A stretch of DNA of 64,000 bases from Candidatus Hydrogenedentota bacterium. Lineage in GTDB: Bacteria > Hydrogenedentota > Hydrogenedentia > Hydrogenedentales > JAGMZX01. The stretch spans positions 8,559 through 72,558 of the forward strand of contig JAGMZX010000007.1 in assembly GCA_018005585.1 (NCBI GenBank), read 5' to 3'. This document shows, piece after piece, positions 38,777 to 48,153 of the stretch. Below the pieces are notes generated by a model, which had not been told where the DNA came from, did not search any database, and saw nothing but the letters and a program-made list of their open reading frames with translations. A program made the position numbers and the translations under genes. Within the stretch, counting starts at the first letter, position 1, and each line of letters opens with the position of its first letter.

Positions 38777-40078
38777 TTACCAGGCCTTGCCCGAGACGGG
38801 GGGCAGGTCGCCGCCCGCGTCCTGCATGGCGTGCAGGTATTCGGCGAGCGCGCGGTACATCCAGGCAACCCCCCAGCGCGCACAGACAAGACGCGAGGTG
38901 TAGTGGCGGTAGCGGCGGTAGTAGGGCGCGCCGCTCCGGGGATCGCGGAGGTACCAGTAGGCCCACCGCAGCGCCATCGTGGCCTGCTGCAAGAGGCTCT
39001 TACGGGTTGCGGCGAAGGTGGACGTACACAGCACCGCTTCCGCGCAGGCGTGGATGTCCACTGGGTACCGTCCGTAATCATTGACGGGCATGCCATAGGG
39101 GCCCCACAGGGAGTTGAGGTAGAAGTGAAGGCCTTGTTTGACCGCTTTCTCAATGTCTTCGCCCGGACGAATTTCCTGGATGGCCAGCAAGGAACGGAGC
39201 ATGAAGCCTGTGTGGTGGTGGTCAACGATACGCAGGTTGGCTTCCTCGTAGGGCTCGCCTTGCGAGAACTCGCCGTAGGGCCAGGCTCCGTCCTCGCGTT
39301 GCCGCGCCAGCGAGAACTTCAGCGCCGCCTCGGCGGGGTCCAGCAGCGTGATGTCGCCGGTTGCGGCAGCGGTGCGGAACAGGCACTGTGCGGCGAGAAG
39401 GTTGGCGTTGTGAACGCGGCGATGGTCGCAGACGGCATAGCCGAAGCAGAAGGAACCATCCGTATGGCGCAGACGGGGCAGGTCTTCGAGGATGAATGCC
39501 GAGATTGAACGGGCGGCGTCGAGCCAGCGCGCTTCCCCTGTGACCGCATGCGCGCGCAGCATCGCCTCGCCCGCGATGCTGCTGACGACTACCACGGGTC
39601 CGCCTGCGGGCGTATCGAGCCCCTTGGCATATACGTGGAAGGGATAGCCCCAACACAAGCCGGAGTAGTCCGGGCAGCCATGGGCGAGGAGCCATTCGAG
39701 ATGGCCGGTTGCCTGATCCAGGTAGGACCCGTCGTGGGTCAATTCATGCATGCGCAGCCGCGCCAGCGCGAGCAGCGCGTGGCTCTTCGGGTTTTCCGTC
39801 CTGGGCACGTGCAGCAAGCGCCGCAGGACATTGGGGAAAAGGTCGCAGAGCAGCGTGGATGCACGGCGCGGGAGACGATAAGGTTGCACGGCGCGCATCC
39901 ACGGGTGCTGTTTGATGTCGAACGGATCGTGACCGGTCAGGCCGTGCGTATCGATCCAGGCGTCGAGGTCATGAAACCAGTCCTGGGCGATGGCTACGTC
40001 CGGCTGGTTTGACGGCGGCATTCCGCGCGGGGCCTTCGCATATGCAGGGAGGGGAGGATGAGCCTTTGTTTCGTTCAT
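38777..40078 (-). CDS. Hypothetical (alpha/alpha)6-toroid-like protein in the glycan locus
   Basis: 433 aa soluble, Trp/aromatic-rich helical repeats (GLCWGYPFHV, GFMLRSLL); 4-bp overlap with the upstream GT1 stop; family assignment uncertain. Confidence 0.45.
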   Translation of the reverse strand: MNETKAHPPLPAYAKAPRGMPPSNQPDVAIAQDWFHDLDAWIDTHGLTGHDPFDIKQHPWMRAVQPYRLPRRASTLLCDLFPNVLRRLLHVPRTENPKSHALLALARLRMHELTHDGSYLDQATGHLEWLLAHGCPDYSGLCWGYPFHVYAKGLDTPAGGPVVVVSSIAGEAMLRAHAVTGEARWLDAARSISAFILEDLPRLRHTDGSFCFGYAVCDHRRVHNANLLAAQCLFRTAAATGDITLLDPAEAALKFSLARQREDGAWPYGEFSQGEPYEEANLRIVDHHHTGFMLRSLLAIQEIRPGEDIEKAVKQGLHFYLNSLWGPYGMPVNDYGRYPVDIHACAEAVLCTSTFAATRKSLLQQATMALRWAYWYLRDPRSGAPYYRRYRHYTSRLVCARWGVAWMYRALAEYLHAMQDAGGDLPPVSGKAW

Positions 40079-41217
40079 GAATTCCTCAACGTGGCGACGC
40101 GGTCTATCATTGCCTTGAATTTGGGATAGTTGGCCTCGTGTGAATACCGTTCGCGCATGCGTTCCCGCGCAGCGCGGCCCATGCGCTCCCTCAACCCGGC
40201 GTCAGTAATAAGACGCTCCAGTTTTTCCAGCCATTCCCGGGGCGAATCCGCGAGGAATCCGGTGACGCCGTCTTCGATCACCTCGGCATTCATTCCCACG
40301 GGCGATATGATGCATGGCGTGCCGACAGCCATGTATTGCATGGCCTTGTATGCGCACTTGCCGCGCGCGCGGGGGCTGTCGACGAGCGGCATCAGGCCGA
40401 TATCGGCCTCCTGGAGGTAGGCAATTTCCCGCTCGATGGTCCAACGATGATTGAGCACTCGCACGCCCTGTAGTTGGTACGGTTTTCCGGTTGCGACCGA
40501 CAAGACGATGTCATGCCGCCGCGAAAGTTCGCGGAGCACGTCTTCAATGACTTCAAAATAGCCGAGATTCGTGTGCAGACCGGTCCAGCCAAGCACGACC
40601 GGCCGTTTATCGGGAGCCGGATAGGTCTTCTGTGCGTGACGGTCCATATCCACGCACGTGGGGATGACGGTAAGGTCCGGGTTTTTCGGCCGCACGCGCT
40701 CTTCGAGATAGAGGTTGCCGACGACGCCGTGTGCGCACATGCCGCACATTTTCCATATCCATTCGTGGTCCATGAACCGCTCGAAGAAAGAATCGACGTA
40801 AGCGGGCGGCTCCCAGACCGCATCGTCGATGTCGAAGACCATGCGCGGGTTCATCAGCCGGATTGCGCGTTCGAGATAGGGTCTGCCGTAAGGCAGGAGC
40901 GGCCCGCGGAAGAACACCACGTCCGCCCCGGGCACGCGCCGTAGCTGGGCCAGGCGCCGGAACAGCACCAGCAGCAGGTACGCGGCGCGCGAGAGGCGGC
41001 CGCGGTTCTCATAGAGCCGTTGCCACAAGCGGAACGAGGAGGTAAGACACACGTCGCAATCGTAACCGTCGGCGCGCAGCATATCCGCGAATTTGATGAC
41101 GCGGTAACGGATGGCCGCGATGCGTTCGGTCTCGTTGCCGAAAAGCACCACGCGCGTGCGTCTTGCGTTTCCGCGCGCGTCTTTGGCGCCGTTCGGGACA
41201 GGCGGACCGTTACTCAT
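40075..41217 (-). CDS. Glycosyltransferase family 1 (GT-B, group 1)
   Basis: C-terminal GT1 motifs (EADIGLMPLVDSPRARGKCAYKAMQYMAVGTPCIISPVGMNAEVIEDGVTGFLA); start at MSNGPP (ATG 41215-41217, minus strand). Confidence 0.8.
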   Translation of the reverse strand: MSNGPPVPNGAKDARGNARRTRVVLFGNETERIAAIRYRVIKFADMLRADGYDCDVCLTSSFRLWQRLYENRGRLSRAAYLLLVLFRRLAQLRRVPGADVVFFRGPLLPYGRPYLERAIRLMNPRMVFDIDDAVWEPPAYVDSFFERFMDHEWIWKMCGMCAHGVVGNLYLEERVRPKNPDLTVIPTCVDMDRHAQKTYPAPDKRPVVLGWTGLHTNLGYFEVIEDVLRELSRRHDIVLSVATGKPYQLQGVRVLNHRWTIEREIAYLQEADIGLMPLVDSPRARGKCAYKAMQYMAVGTPCIISPVGMNAEVIEDGVTGFLADSPREWLEKLERLITDAGLRERMGRAARERMRERYSHEANYPKFKAMIDRVATLRNS

Positions 41218-42289
41218 GAGAATTGGGCTCGTGGTTGCGCGCGAACCCTTCGATGAAACGAAGGACTGCGACGCAGAAGGCGATGGCCATACCGCCCAGG
41301 ACCAGAATGAGAAACCCGTACGCGCCCGGAACGCCGGCCAGAATGAAGGCAAGCAGCCCCATGCACGCGGAGAGATAGTAGAGCGACAGGACGACCTGCC
41401 GCTGGCTCAGGCCGAGGTCCAGCAACCGGTGATGCAGGTGGTCGCGGTCGGGCATGAAGAACTGGCCCTGCCGCGCGCGCAAAAGCCGCCGGTAGAAGCT
41501 GAGCAGCGTATCGAGGATGGGCACCGTCAACACGACCATGGGCACGGCCAGCGCCACAACGGCGACGCCTTTCTGCCGCTCGATGAGCGTTGACGCGCCC
41601 AGCACGAATCCCAGGAACAGCGCGCCGGCATCGCCCATGAAGATGGACGCCGGATTGAAATTGTAGCACAGGAACGCGAGGGTGCAGCCCATGAGGTACG
41701 CCATCATGATGCAGGAGGTGGTCTGGCCGCGCGTGAACGCGATGGCGAAGATAGACGCAGCGCAGACGAAGACGAGGCCCGCGGCAAGGCCGTCGAGCCC
41801 GTCAGAGAAATTCACGGCATTGACCACGCCCGCAATCCACAAAGGCGATATGATCAGCGCGAGCCAGCCAATCTGGATCGTCCCCCCGAAGGGATGCGCG
41901 ATTTCCGTGGCGCGGAACCCGCCCCAGAAGTAGAGGAGGAGGAACAGGCCCAGTTCAACCAGGAGTTTCTTGGAACTGGACATGTCGGCGATGTCGTCGT
42001 ACAGACCCATGAGCACGATAAGGGTCCCGACGAGGCACATGGGGAAGAAGGAGGGCTGGCTATACTCGGGATAGAAGCCCTCAATGAAAAGGACGGTCCC
42101 GAGAAACGCAAAATAGAAGGGTACGCCGCCCAGATAGGGGATGACCCGCTTGTGCACCTTGCGTGATTCGCTCGGCCGGTCCACCACGTCCAGTCTCCGG
42201 GCCAGTGCGCGGAACACGGGCACGAGCACGAACGTGAGCAAGAACGCGCCCGCCGCAATCAAGGCATAGACCAGGAGGGGCTGTCTCAT
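41210..42289 (-). CDS. Polyprenyl-phosphate sugar-1-phosphate transferase (WecA/MraY superfamily), likely initiating glycosyltransferase
   Basis: MraY/WecA motifs (IPYLGGVP, GLYDDIADM, NAVNFSDGLDGLAAG, FMGDAGALFLGF); 10-11 TM helices; start at MRQPLLVYAL (ATG 42287-42289, minus strand). Confidence 0.85.
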   Translation of the reverse strand: MRQPLLVYALIAAGAFLLTFVLVPVFRALARRLDVVDRPSESRKVHKRVIPYLGGVPFYFAFLGTVLFIEGFYPEYSQPSFFPMCLVGTLIVLMGLYDDIADMSSSKKLLVELGLFLLLYFWGGFRATEIAHPFGGTIQIGWLALIISPLWIAGVVNAVNFSDGLDGLAAGLVFVCAASIFAIAFTRGQTTSCIMMAYLMGCTLAFLCYNFNPASIFMGDAGALFLGFVLGASTLIERQKGVAVVALAVPMVVLTVPILDTLLSFYRRLLRARQGQFFMPDRDHLHHRLLDLGLSQRQVVLSLYYLSACMGLLAFILAGVPGAYGFLILVLGGMAIAFCVAVLRFIEGFARNHEPNSHE

Positions 42290-43344
42290 GAAGCATCTCC
42301 CCGGGGCAGCAACACGCCGCACGCGACAGGATGCCCCGCGCAGGCATTGAAACGTTCGGGAGCCCAGACCTGCAAGGCCGTTCCCGGGGCGGCGCCTCTT
42401 GCGCCGATAGCCGCGAGGCTATACCGCAGGCCTACGAGCGCCATGCCGCGGTCGATGCGCGCTCTGCGTTCGAGGCCGAACTCGATGAACGACTCCTCCA
42501 ATTCCGGTGTCATGTTTACGGAGCCGTCGTCGAAGACAGCGAATACGCCGACCGTGCCTTTCGGCGCGCGTTGGAGGAGGCGCGAGAGCCTGTGGGCCGC
42601 CGTCGGGTCGTCGTACAGGTCAAAGCAGTCCCAATGAGTCACCTCGGCGGCCTTCGGGTCATAGAGCACGGCGTGGATGCCGCGTTCGCGGCGGGCATAG
42701 TCGCGGCCGTTGACGACGATGTGCGCCGCGCGCTGTATGCCTTGGCCACCGCCGCTCTGCACGAGGATATCGACGGGTGAGGCCACGCCCGTTTCGCCCA
42801 CGAGGCCATCTGTCCGGAATGCGCCGCCCGCGAGGGCGAGCAGCGCAAAATGCTCCTCCGGGCGCATGCCGAGCACGGCGCGTCCCGCGCCGTATACCGC
42901 GGTCAGGTCGGCCGCCATGTGTTGAAGAGCCTGGGCGTTCGCGGCGCCGAACGGCGGGGCGGGTTGCTGCAGGAGCCGCAACCGCGCAGCCTCCAGCAGC
43001 AGGCTGTCGCGCGTGTCGGGATTGGCCTGTTCCGTAGCGGCGTAGAACATGCGGGCGGGCTCGAGCGTGTTGCGCGCATCCGTAGCGCCCGTCTGCTCCA
43101 GCAGCAGCGCCAGCGCTTCGTAAGGCGCGCGGCACGGCGGGCGAAACGAGGCCATCCCCTCCTGAAGAACGGCAATCGCATCCGCGGGGCGGCCGTTCTC
43201 CGCGAGTTCCCGCGCATATGCCGCAAAGTTCTCAGGAGCCATGCGCGCTTGATACGCTTGCAGCGGCCAATACACGGCTGTGAATGCCGCAAAGCTGGCC
43301 AGCACAACAGCCCATAGCACGCCTATGCGTTTGAGATTGGTCAT
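42286..43344 (-). CDS. Membrane-anchored hypothetical protein with TPR-like N-region and possible PANDER/ILEI-like C-terminal domain
   Basis: Start at MTNLKRIGVLWAVVLASFAAF (ATG 43342-43344, minus strand), single TM anchor; C-terminal GTVGVFAVFDDGSVNMTPELEESFIEFGL resembles ILEI/PANDER-type carbohydrate-binding domains; assignment tentative. Confidence 0.45.
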   Translation of the reverse strand: MTNLKRIGVLWAVVLASFAAFTAVYWPLQAYQARMAPENFAAYARELAENGRPADAIAVLQEGMASFRPPCRAPYEALALLLEQTGATDARNTLEPARMFYAATEQANPDTRDSLLLEAARLRLLQQPAPPFGAANAQALQHMAADLTAVYGAGRAVLGMRPEEHFALLALAGGAFRTDGLVGETGVASPVDILVQSGGGQGIQRAAHIVVNGRDYARRERGIHAVLYDPKAAEVTHWDCFDLYDDPTAAHRLSRLLQRAPKGTVGVFAVFDDGSVNMTPELEESFIEFGLERRARIDRGMALVGLRYSLAAIGARGAAPGTALQVWAPERFNACAGHPVACGVLLPRGDAS

Positions 43345-43644
43345 GCACACCCGCCAAATTCTTCCCAGAGCGATTCCAGGCGGCTTCATAGTAATCGTGC
43401 GGGATAAACGGATCAACGCGCGCGGCCCCCATCCCGAGGAAGCTTGGGAAACAGTCGATGTGGTCCTTTTCAGAAATACGGTCGCGTGCGGACTGTGCAG
43501 ACTCTTGTCCGCCGTAGCCCCTGCAAACGCGGATGCTTGTGTCTTGTCCTTCGCGGAACTGGCGCCGGGACAAGAAGGCCGCGGGACAGCAAGCGGGCGC
43601 ACATGAAACGCAACAATGCGTCAGTGAAAGCGCACAACAGCTCA

Positions 43645-45531
43645 CTAATCGCCGAGATGGAAACGTCCGCCGGGATATTGGCGCAAGGCACAGCTCCAAT
43701 TATCCATGCTGCAATACACGCTGACTCCGTTTGGCTGGGTTTCGGCGGCGACGCGGGCTTCGCGCACGCCCGGAAGCAACGCCCAGCCAAAACGCAGCGG
43801 AAGCCTGCCCTGAACAGTCGCGCGGAGCACGGGCTGCGCCAGGCGCATGCCGAATTCAGGACAGTACCAGCCTTGCGGCGGCGTGTCGGCAGTGGGGATC
43901 TGTTCCGCAACGCCGTTGCCGAAAAAGAGAATACACAGGCTGCCGCTGGAGAATGCGGCCTGCCAAGTCGCGCCCTGCGGGGACAGAGCCACGTCCGGAT
44001 GGAAATGGAGGAAGCTCTCGGCGGCATGGACACCGCCGCCGCACACTTCATCGAAGACAATCCAGAATCGCCCCTGGATAAGCAGAACGTGGCGCACGTG
44101 GCGCGGCTGGCCGGGCAAATGGTCGTAGCCGGTATGACTTCCCTTGAACACCGTGAGCCCATCGTGTTCGTAGTAGTCCACGTCTACCGGTTTCGCGCGC
44201 CGCGCGGCGCGGAACTGCCACGGGCCCCATTTCTCCGTCTGCTCGATGCCGTCGATCAGGACGGTATTATGCGCGCGGGTGCTCTGACAGTATTCGCGCA
44301 TGGGGTCCGCCGCGTAACTGTACGTTCCCGAATCGACGATGATGCGCTGTCCCGCCAACGCGAGCTCAAAACTCAGCGTATCGCTGTGGGCATGCCCCGG
44401 ATTGCAGTCGGGACCCACGGGACCGGCGTCAAAGAGGAAGAAATCCCGGTCGGCAGGGCGCGCGACGAAGAAACCGGTCTCTCGGAATGCGGCGACGCCC
44501 GCGGCAGGCAACTGCAGGCCGTGTGTGCCGAGCAGGTCTTCCGCATCGCGGAGAATCGCGGAGCTTGGCCGCGCCACGCCGAAGGCCGCGTCGTTCAGCA
44601 GGGGGAACTCTCCGTCGGGTTCGCGCAATGCCGCCAGGAACCGGGCCATTGCGGCGATCTTGTCTCCAAACGTTTCGGGCTCCTGCAACCCGCTTGCCCG
44701 AAGCAGGCGTACGGCCCGCAGATATAGATCGAGCACGACCGCGTGATACATGGGCGAGCGTTCATAATGGCCACCGTCGCCGGGAACCTGTTCCGCGAGT
44801 TCTTCTTCAAGTATGTGCAGTCCGCGCCGGCGCCATCGCGCTCCCGCCGGGCCGGCGAAAAGAGTCCCGGCGTACAACAAGGCGAGGCCATTGGCGACGA
44901 GGTGATTGCCGCCGAGATGATACTCGAGATGCGATTCGAGAAAGAGGGCTTGGGCGAAGAGGCTGTGCAGGAACGCGCCCGCGAATCGCGAGTCTCCCTG
45001 GAGCTCCCGCGGAAGCAGGAACGCCATGTCGCACCAATGGATAATGCGGTACGAGAGGGGTCCGCCATCCCATGCAAATCCGCGGCCGGGAGGGTTGGCC
45101 TCGATCCATGAGAGGACCAGCATGATGAGGCGTTCGAGATAGGCGGTATTGCCGGCGGCGCGGTACGCCTGCGCAAGGGCGGGGCCGTATTCGAAATAGT
45201 GCAGGTTGTAATACCAATAGCGCAGCGCGGGGTCGGGGCAGGACCAATCCGGCACGTCGTGGAAACGACGGGTTACGTGGGCAAACAGGAATTCGCCGGC
45301 GAGAATCGCGGCTGCGTCCAAGGCGCTGTGCGGCGGTGTCGCGGCGAGTCTCCCCTCTTGCACGCACGGCGAAAGACGCGGAGCTCCCGCTTTGCCGCGC
45401 AGAACCCGCCGCAATCGCGCTGGAAAGAGGAGCGGGTCCGTTTCGCGGCGCAGAAAGAGGAGCAACCGCGCGCGGACCTGCCGGAAGCGCAGCCAGCGTA
45501 GCGTTTGGCAGTAGAGACGGAGAGTCTTCAT
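43645..45531 (-). CDS. Heparinase II/III-family protein (alginate-lyase-like N-domain plus Hepar_II_III C-domain)
   Basis: 628 aa with (alpha/alpha)-toroid N-half (HWCDMAFLLP, LEYHLGGNHLVANG) and beta-sandwich C-half (DAGPVGPDCNPGHAHSDTLSFEL, GTYSYAADPMREY); 6 bp downstream of the GT4 gene. Confidence 0.75.
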   Translation of the reverse strand: MKTLRLYCQTLRWLRFRQVRARLLLFLRRETDPLLFPARLRRVLRGKAGAPRLSPCVQEGRLAATPPHSALDAAAILAGEFLFAHVTRRFHDVPDWSCPDPALRYWYYNLHYFEYGPALAQAYRAAGNTAYLERLIMLVLSWIEANPPGRGFAWDGGPLSYRIIHWCDMAFLLPRELQGDSRFAGAFLHSLFAQALFLESHLEYHLGGNHLVANGLALLYAGTLFAGPAGARWRRRGLHILEEELAEQVPGDGGHYERSPMYHAVVLDLYLRAVRLLRASGLQEPETFGDKIAAMARFLAALREPDGEFPLLNDAAFGVARPSSAILRDAEDLLGTHGLQLPAAGVAAFRETGFFVARPADRDFFLFDAGPVGPDCNPGHAHSDTLSFELALAGQRIIVDSGTYSYAADPMREYCQSTRAHNTVLIDGIEQTEKWGPWQFRAARRAKPVDVDYYEHDGLTVFKGSHTGYDHLPGQPRHVRHVLLIQGRFWIVFDEVCGGGVHAAESFLHFHPDVALSPQGATWQAAFSSGSLCILFFGNGVAEQIPTADTPPQGWYCPEFGMRLAQPVLRATVQGRLPLRFGWALLPGVREARVAAETQPNGVSVYCSMDNWSCALRQYPGGRFHLGD

Positions 45532-45537
45532 CGAGGC

Positions 45538-46806
45538 TTACTTGTTCCTGACGACGCGGTCCAGGCATTCGAGGTAGTTGCCTGCCTTCAGCTTGCGGGT
45601 GTAATTGCGGGTCACGTATTCGCGGCCGCTGACGCCGAACCGTGCGCGCAGTTCGGGGTCCTGGGCGAGTCTGAGGATAGCCTCGGCATACGCGTGCTCG
45701 TTTTCAGGCTCGACAGAGACACCCGCGCCGGCCTCGTTGAGTATGTCGAGCGCCTGTCCCTCCGCGCCCAGTATGAGAGGCCGCGCACACGCCATGATCT
45801 CGAACATCTTCGACGGTATGTTGTAGCGAAAGTAATCCCGTTTTTTGAGGGGGACAAGGCAGATATCGGCGGCGGCGTAGAATTCGGGCATTTTTTCCTT
45901 GCTTTGCATGGGGAGGAACTGGACATTCCGCAGCTTTTTCCGGTGCGCCATCTCCATGAGCATTTCTCGCTCGGCGCCTTGACCGGCAAACACGAAACGG
46001 ATGTTCTCGCGGTCCTGCAGCAGCGCGGCCGTCTCGATAATGGTGCTGAGCCCCTGGGACAACCCGTGCGTGCCGATATACATGACCACGATGTCATCGC
46101 CCCAGCCGTAATGGTCGCGCAGGGGTCCCATGCGGTCGCGCGGACAGAAGAAACGCTCGTTAATGCCGTTCGTAACGGTGAAGACCTTCTCGCCGGGGAT
46201 GCCGCGGCTCACAATCTCCTCGGCGGTGGCCGGGGCCACGGTGACGATGGCCTTGGCGCGGCGGTACAGGAACATTTCGGCCCATTTGAGCAGGCCAATC
46301 ACAACGGGGTTGCGCACCGCGCCCAGGTCAATGATCTGCTTGGGCCAGAGGTCGCGCACTTCGAATACAAAGGGTCTGCGTTTCAACACGGAAACCACGT
46401 ATCCGGCAAGCCCGCACAGCAATTGCGGCGAGGTCGCTACGACCACGTCGCAGCGGCCCGACGCAAAGCTTCCGAAGAGCATGGCGGACAACATGAAGGT
46501 GCAAAAAGCGATGCTGCGCTTGAAGACGCCCCGGTTCGGCGTGGCGTAGAGCCAGCAGCGCAACACATTGATGCCTTCCATGTTTTCACGGTAGAGAAGC
46601 GGGCCGCGATACTTGGGCGGGATGACTCCGTCGGGATGATTCGGCTTGCCGCAGACGACGGTGACATTGTGACCGGCCTTGACCCAATTACGGGCATGTT
46701 CGAAAGTACGGGCCGCAGGCGCACCCATTTCAGGCGGAAAATATTGACACAAGAACAGAATGTGCACAGCGTTGTCGCGCCCGGACACGCGCGACGAACT
46801 AGCCAT
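45538..46806 (-). CDS. Glycosyltransferase family 4 (WcaI-like)
   Basis: HILFLCQYFPPEMGAPAARTFEHARNWVKAGHNVTV N-terminus; C-terminal EX7E-type region (ADICLVPL...MFEIMACARPLILGAEG); first gene of the minus-strand locus. Confidence 0.85.
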   Translation of the reverse strand: MASSSRVSGRDNAVHILFLCQYFPPEMGAPAARTFEHARNWVKAGHNVTVVCGKPNHPDGVIPPKYRGPLLYRENMEGINVLRCWLYATPNRGVFKRSIAFCTFMLSAMLFGSFASGRCDVVVATSPQLLCGLAGYVVSVLKRRPFVFEVRDLWPKQIIDLGAVRNPVVIGLLKWAEMFLYRRAKAIVTVAPATAEEIVSRGIPGEKVFTVTNGINERFFCPRDRMGPLRDHYGWGDDIVVMYIGTHGLSQGLSTIIETAALLQDRENIRFVFAGQGAEREMLMEMAHRKKLRNVQFLPMQSKEKMPEFYAAADICLVPLKKRDYFRYNIPSKMFEIMACARPLILGAEGQALDILNEAGAGVSVEPENEHAYAEAILRLAQDPELRARFGVSGREYVTRNYTRKLKAGNYLECLDRVVRNK

Positions 46807-47001
46807 ATGGCGCGTGTTTATCGGACATCCCTTGTAGTGACACGCAATCTCCGCCCAAACCCGCTTAGACGCCCGCAGCCGCCCGACATTCTAGTGTGGC
46901 GTCTCCAAGACTGTCAACAATCCGAGACTTCCTTCAGAATGCGGTCTTGACACCTGTTCCGGTGTATTTCGTAGACTGCCCGGCATGATAACGGTGAAGA
47001 T

Positions 47002-48153
47002 GTGAGTGAAGTAAGAGCGCACCCAGACGCCATGTCCCGTTGCAGGACAGCGCAAGCGGGCCGTATCGCGGCTGTGCGCGCGGCCCTGGATTGGCTGTGC
47101 GCGTCGCAGGACGCAGCCGGGGCGGGGGGCTCGTGCGCCTATTATGTCCCCTGGTGGGGCTGGTTTCCGCCCTATCCGGAGACAACCGGTTACATCATTC
47201 CGACCTTGCTGCGCGCCGCGACCGCGTATGGAAACCCAGACTATGCGGCGCGGGCCCTGCGGATGGGGGAGTGGCTGCTGACGCTGCAAATGCCGGACGG
47301 GGCGTTCCCCGGCGGACTATATCGCGCCGGGCGGCCGGGGCGGCCAAGCGTGTTCAATACGGCGCAGATTCTCTTCGGGTTCTGTGCCGCGCATGAACAC
47401 TCGAAAGACCCGCGCTTTCGGGAGGCGGCGGAAAGTGGCGCGGCGTGGCTGGTACGGGAGCAGGATGACGACGGCCGCTGGCGCAAGCACGCGTATTGTC
47501 CGGGGTTCTCGCCGAGTTACTACGCGCATGTCTGCCTGCCGTTGTCCCTTGTCTGGAAGCATTGGGGCGACGAAGACGTGCTGCAATCCGTGGAGCGGGG
47601 TCTTGAGGCGGTCTTGTCGGACCGGCTTGAGAACGGCGCGTTCCGCAACTGGGGGTTTCGCCCGGGTACGCCTGCCTTTACGCACACCATCGGTTATACG
47701 TTTCAAGGGTTACTGGAATGCGCACGCAACTTGGGCGCCTGGGACCGGTTCGGCGCGCCCGCCGCGGACTCGTGCGCGCGGCTCATGCGGCGTTGCGAGA
47801 TTGCGGGCCGGATTGCGGGCTCGTACGACGGGAAGTGGGCAGGCGATTTCCGTTTTGCATGCCTCACGGGACATTGCCAACTTGCGTCTGCGTGGCTGCG
47901 GGTATACGAACGCGATGGCGACCCGCGATATCTGAACGTCGCGTTGAAGGCGCTCGATGAAGTAATACGGCGGCAGAGGCATTGTCCGAACCGGCCCCAT
48001 CTGCACGGTGCCATCGCGGGGTCACATCCGTTGCAGGGAAGTTACCTGACGTTCCGGTATCCGAATTGGGCGGCAAAGTTCTTCACGGATGCGATGATGG
48101 ACCTCGACGCGCACTTGTCCGGATTCGTGACAGGAGGGTTGGGCGATGGGTGA
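47002..48153 (+). CDS. Prenyltransferase/squalene-oxidase-repeat-like (alpha/alpha)6-toroid protein
   Basis: Repeated QxxDGxW-type motifs (LQMPDGAFPGG, EQDDDGRWRK, RLENGAFRNWG); GTG start at 47002 or ATG at 47032; divergent from the GT4 gene. Confidence 0.5.
   Translation: MSEVRAHPDAMSRCRTAQAGRIAAVRAALDWLCASQDAAGAGGSCAYYVPWWGWFPPYPETTGYIIPTLLRAATAYGNPDYAARALRMGEWLLTLQMPDGAFPGGLYRAGRPGRPSVFNTAQILFGFCAAHEHSKDPRFREAAESGAAWLVREQDDDGRWRKHAYCPGFSPSYYAHVCLPLSLVWKHWGDEDVLQSVERGLEAVLSDRLENGAFRNWGFRPGTPAFTHTIGYTFQGLLECARNLGAWDRFGAPAADSCARLMRRCEIAGRIAGSYDGKWAGDFRFACLTGHCQLASAWLRVYERDGDPRYLNVALKALDEVIRRQRHCPNRPHLHGAIAGSHPLQGSYLTFRYPNWAAKFFTDAMMDLDAHLSGFVTGGLGDG

Noticed and set aside
37562-39508. ORFs 37562..38650 (+), 38735..39508 (+) and 38443..39225 (-)
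   Set aside because: Antisense or alternate-frame to the heptosyltransferase and toroid-protein genes; only the last 73 codons of 38443..39225 (FmdB zinc ribbon, 38443..38664) appear real.
43444-46950. ORFs 43444..44727 (+), 43470..44162 (-) and 45505..46950 (+)
   Set aside because: Antisense or alternate frames of the heparinase II/III-like and GT4 genes.
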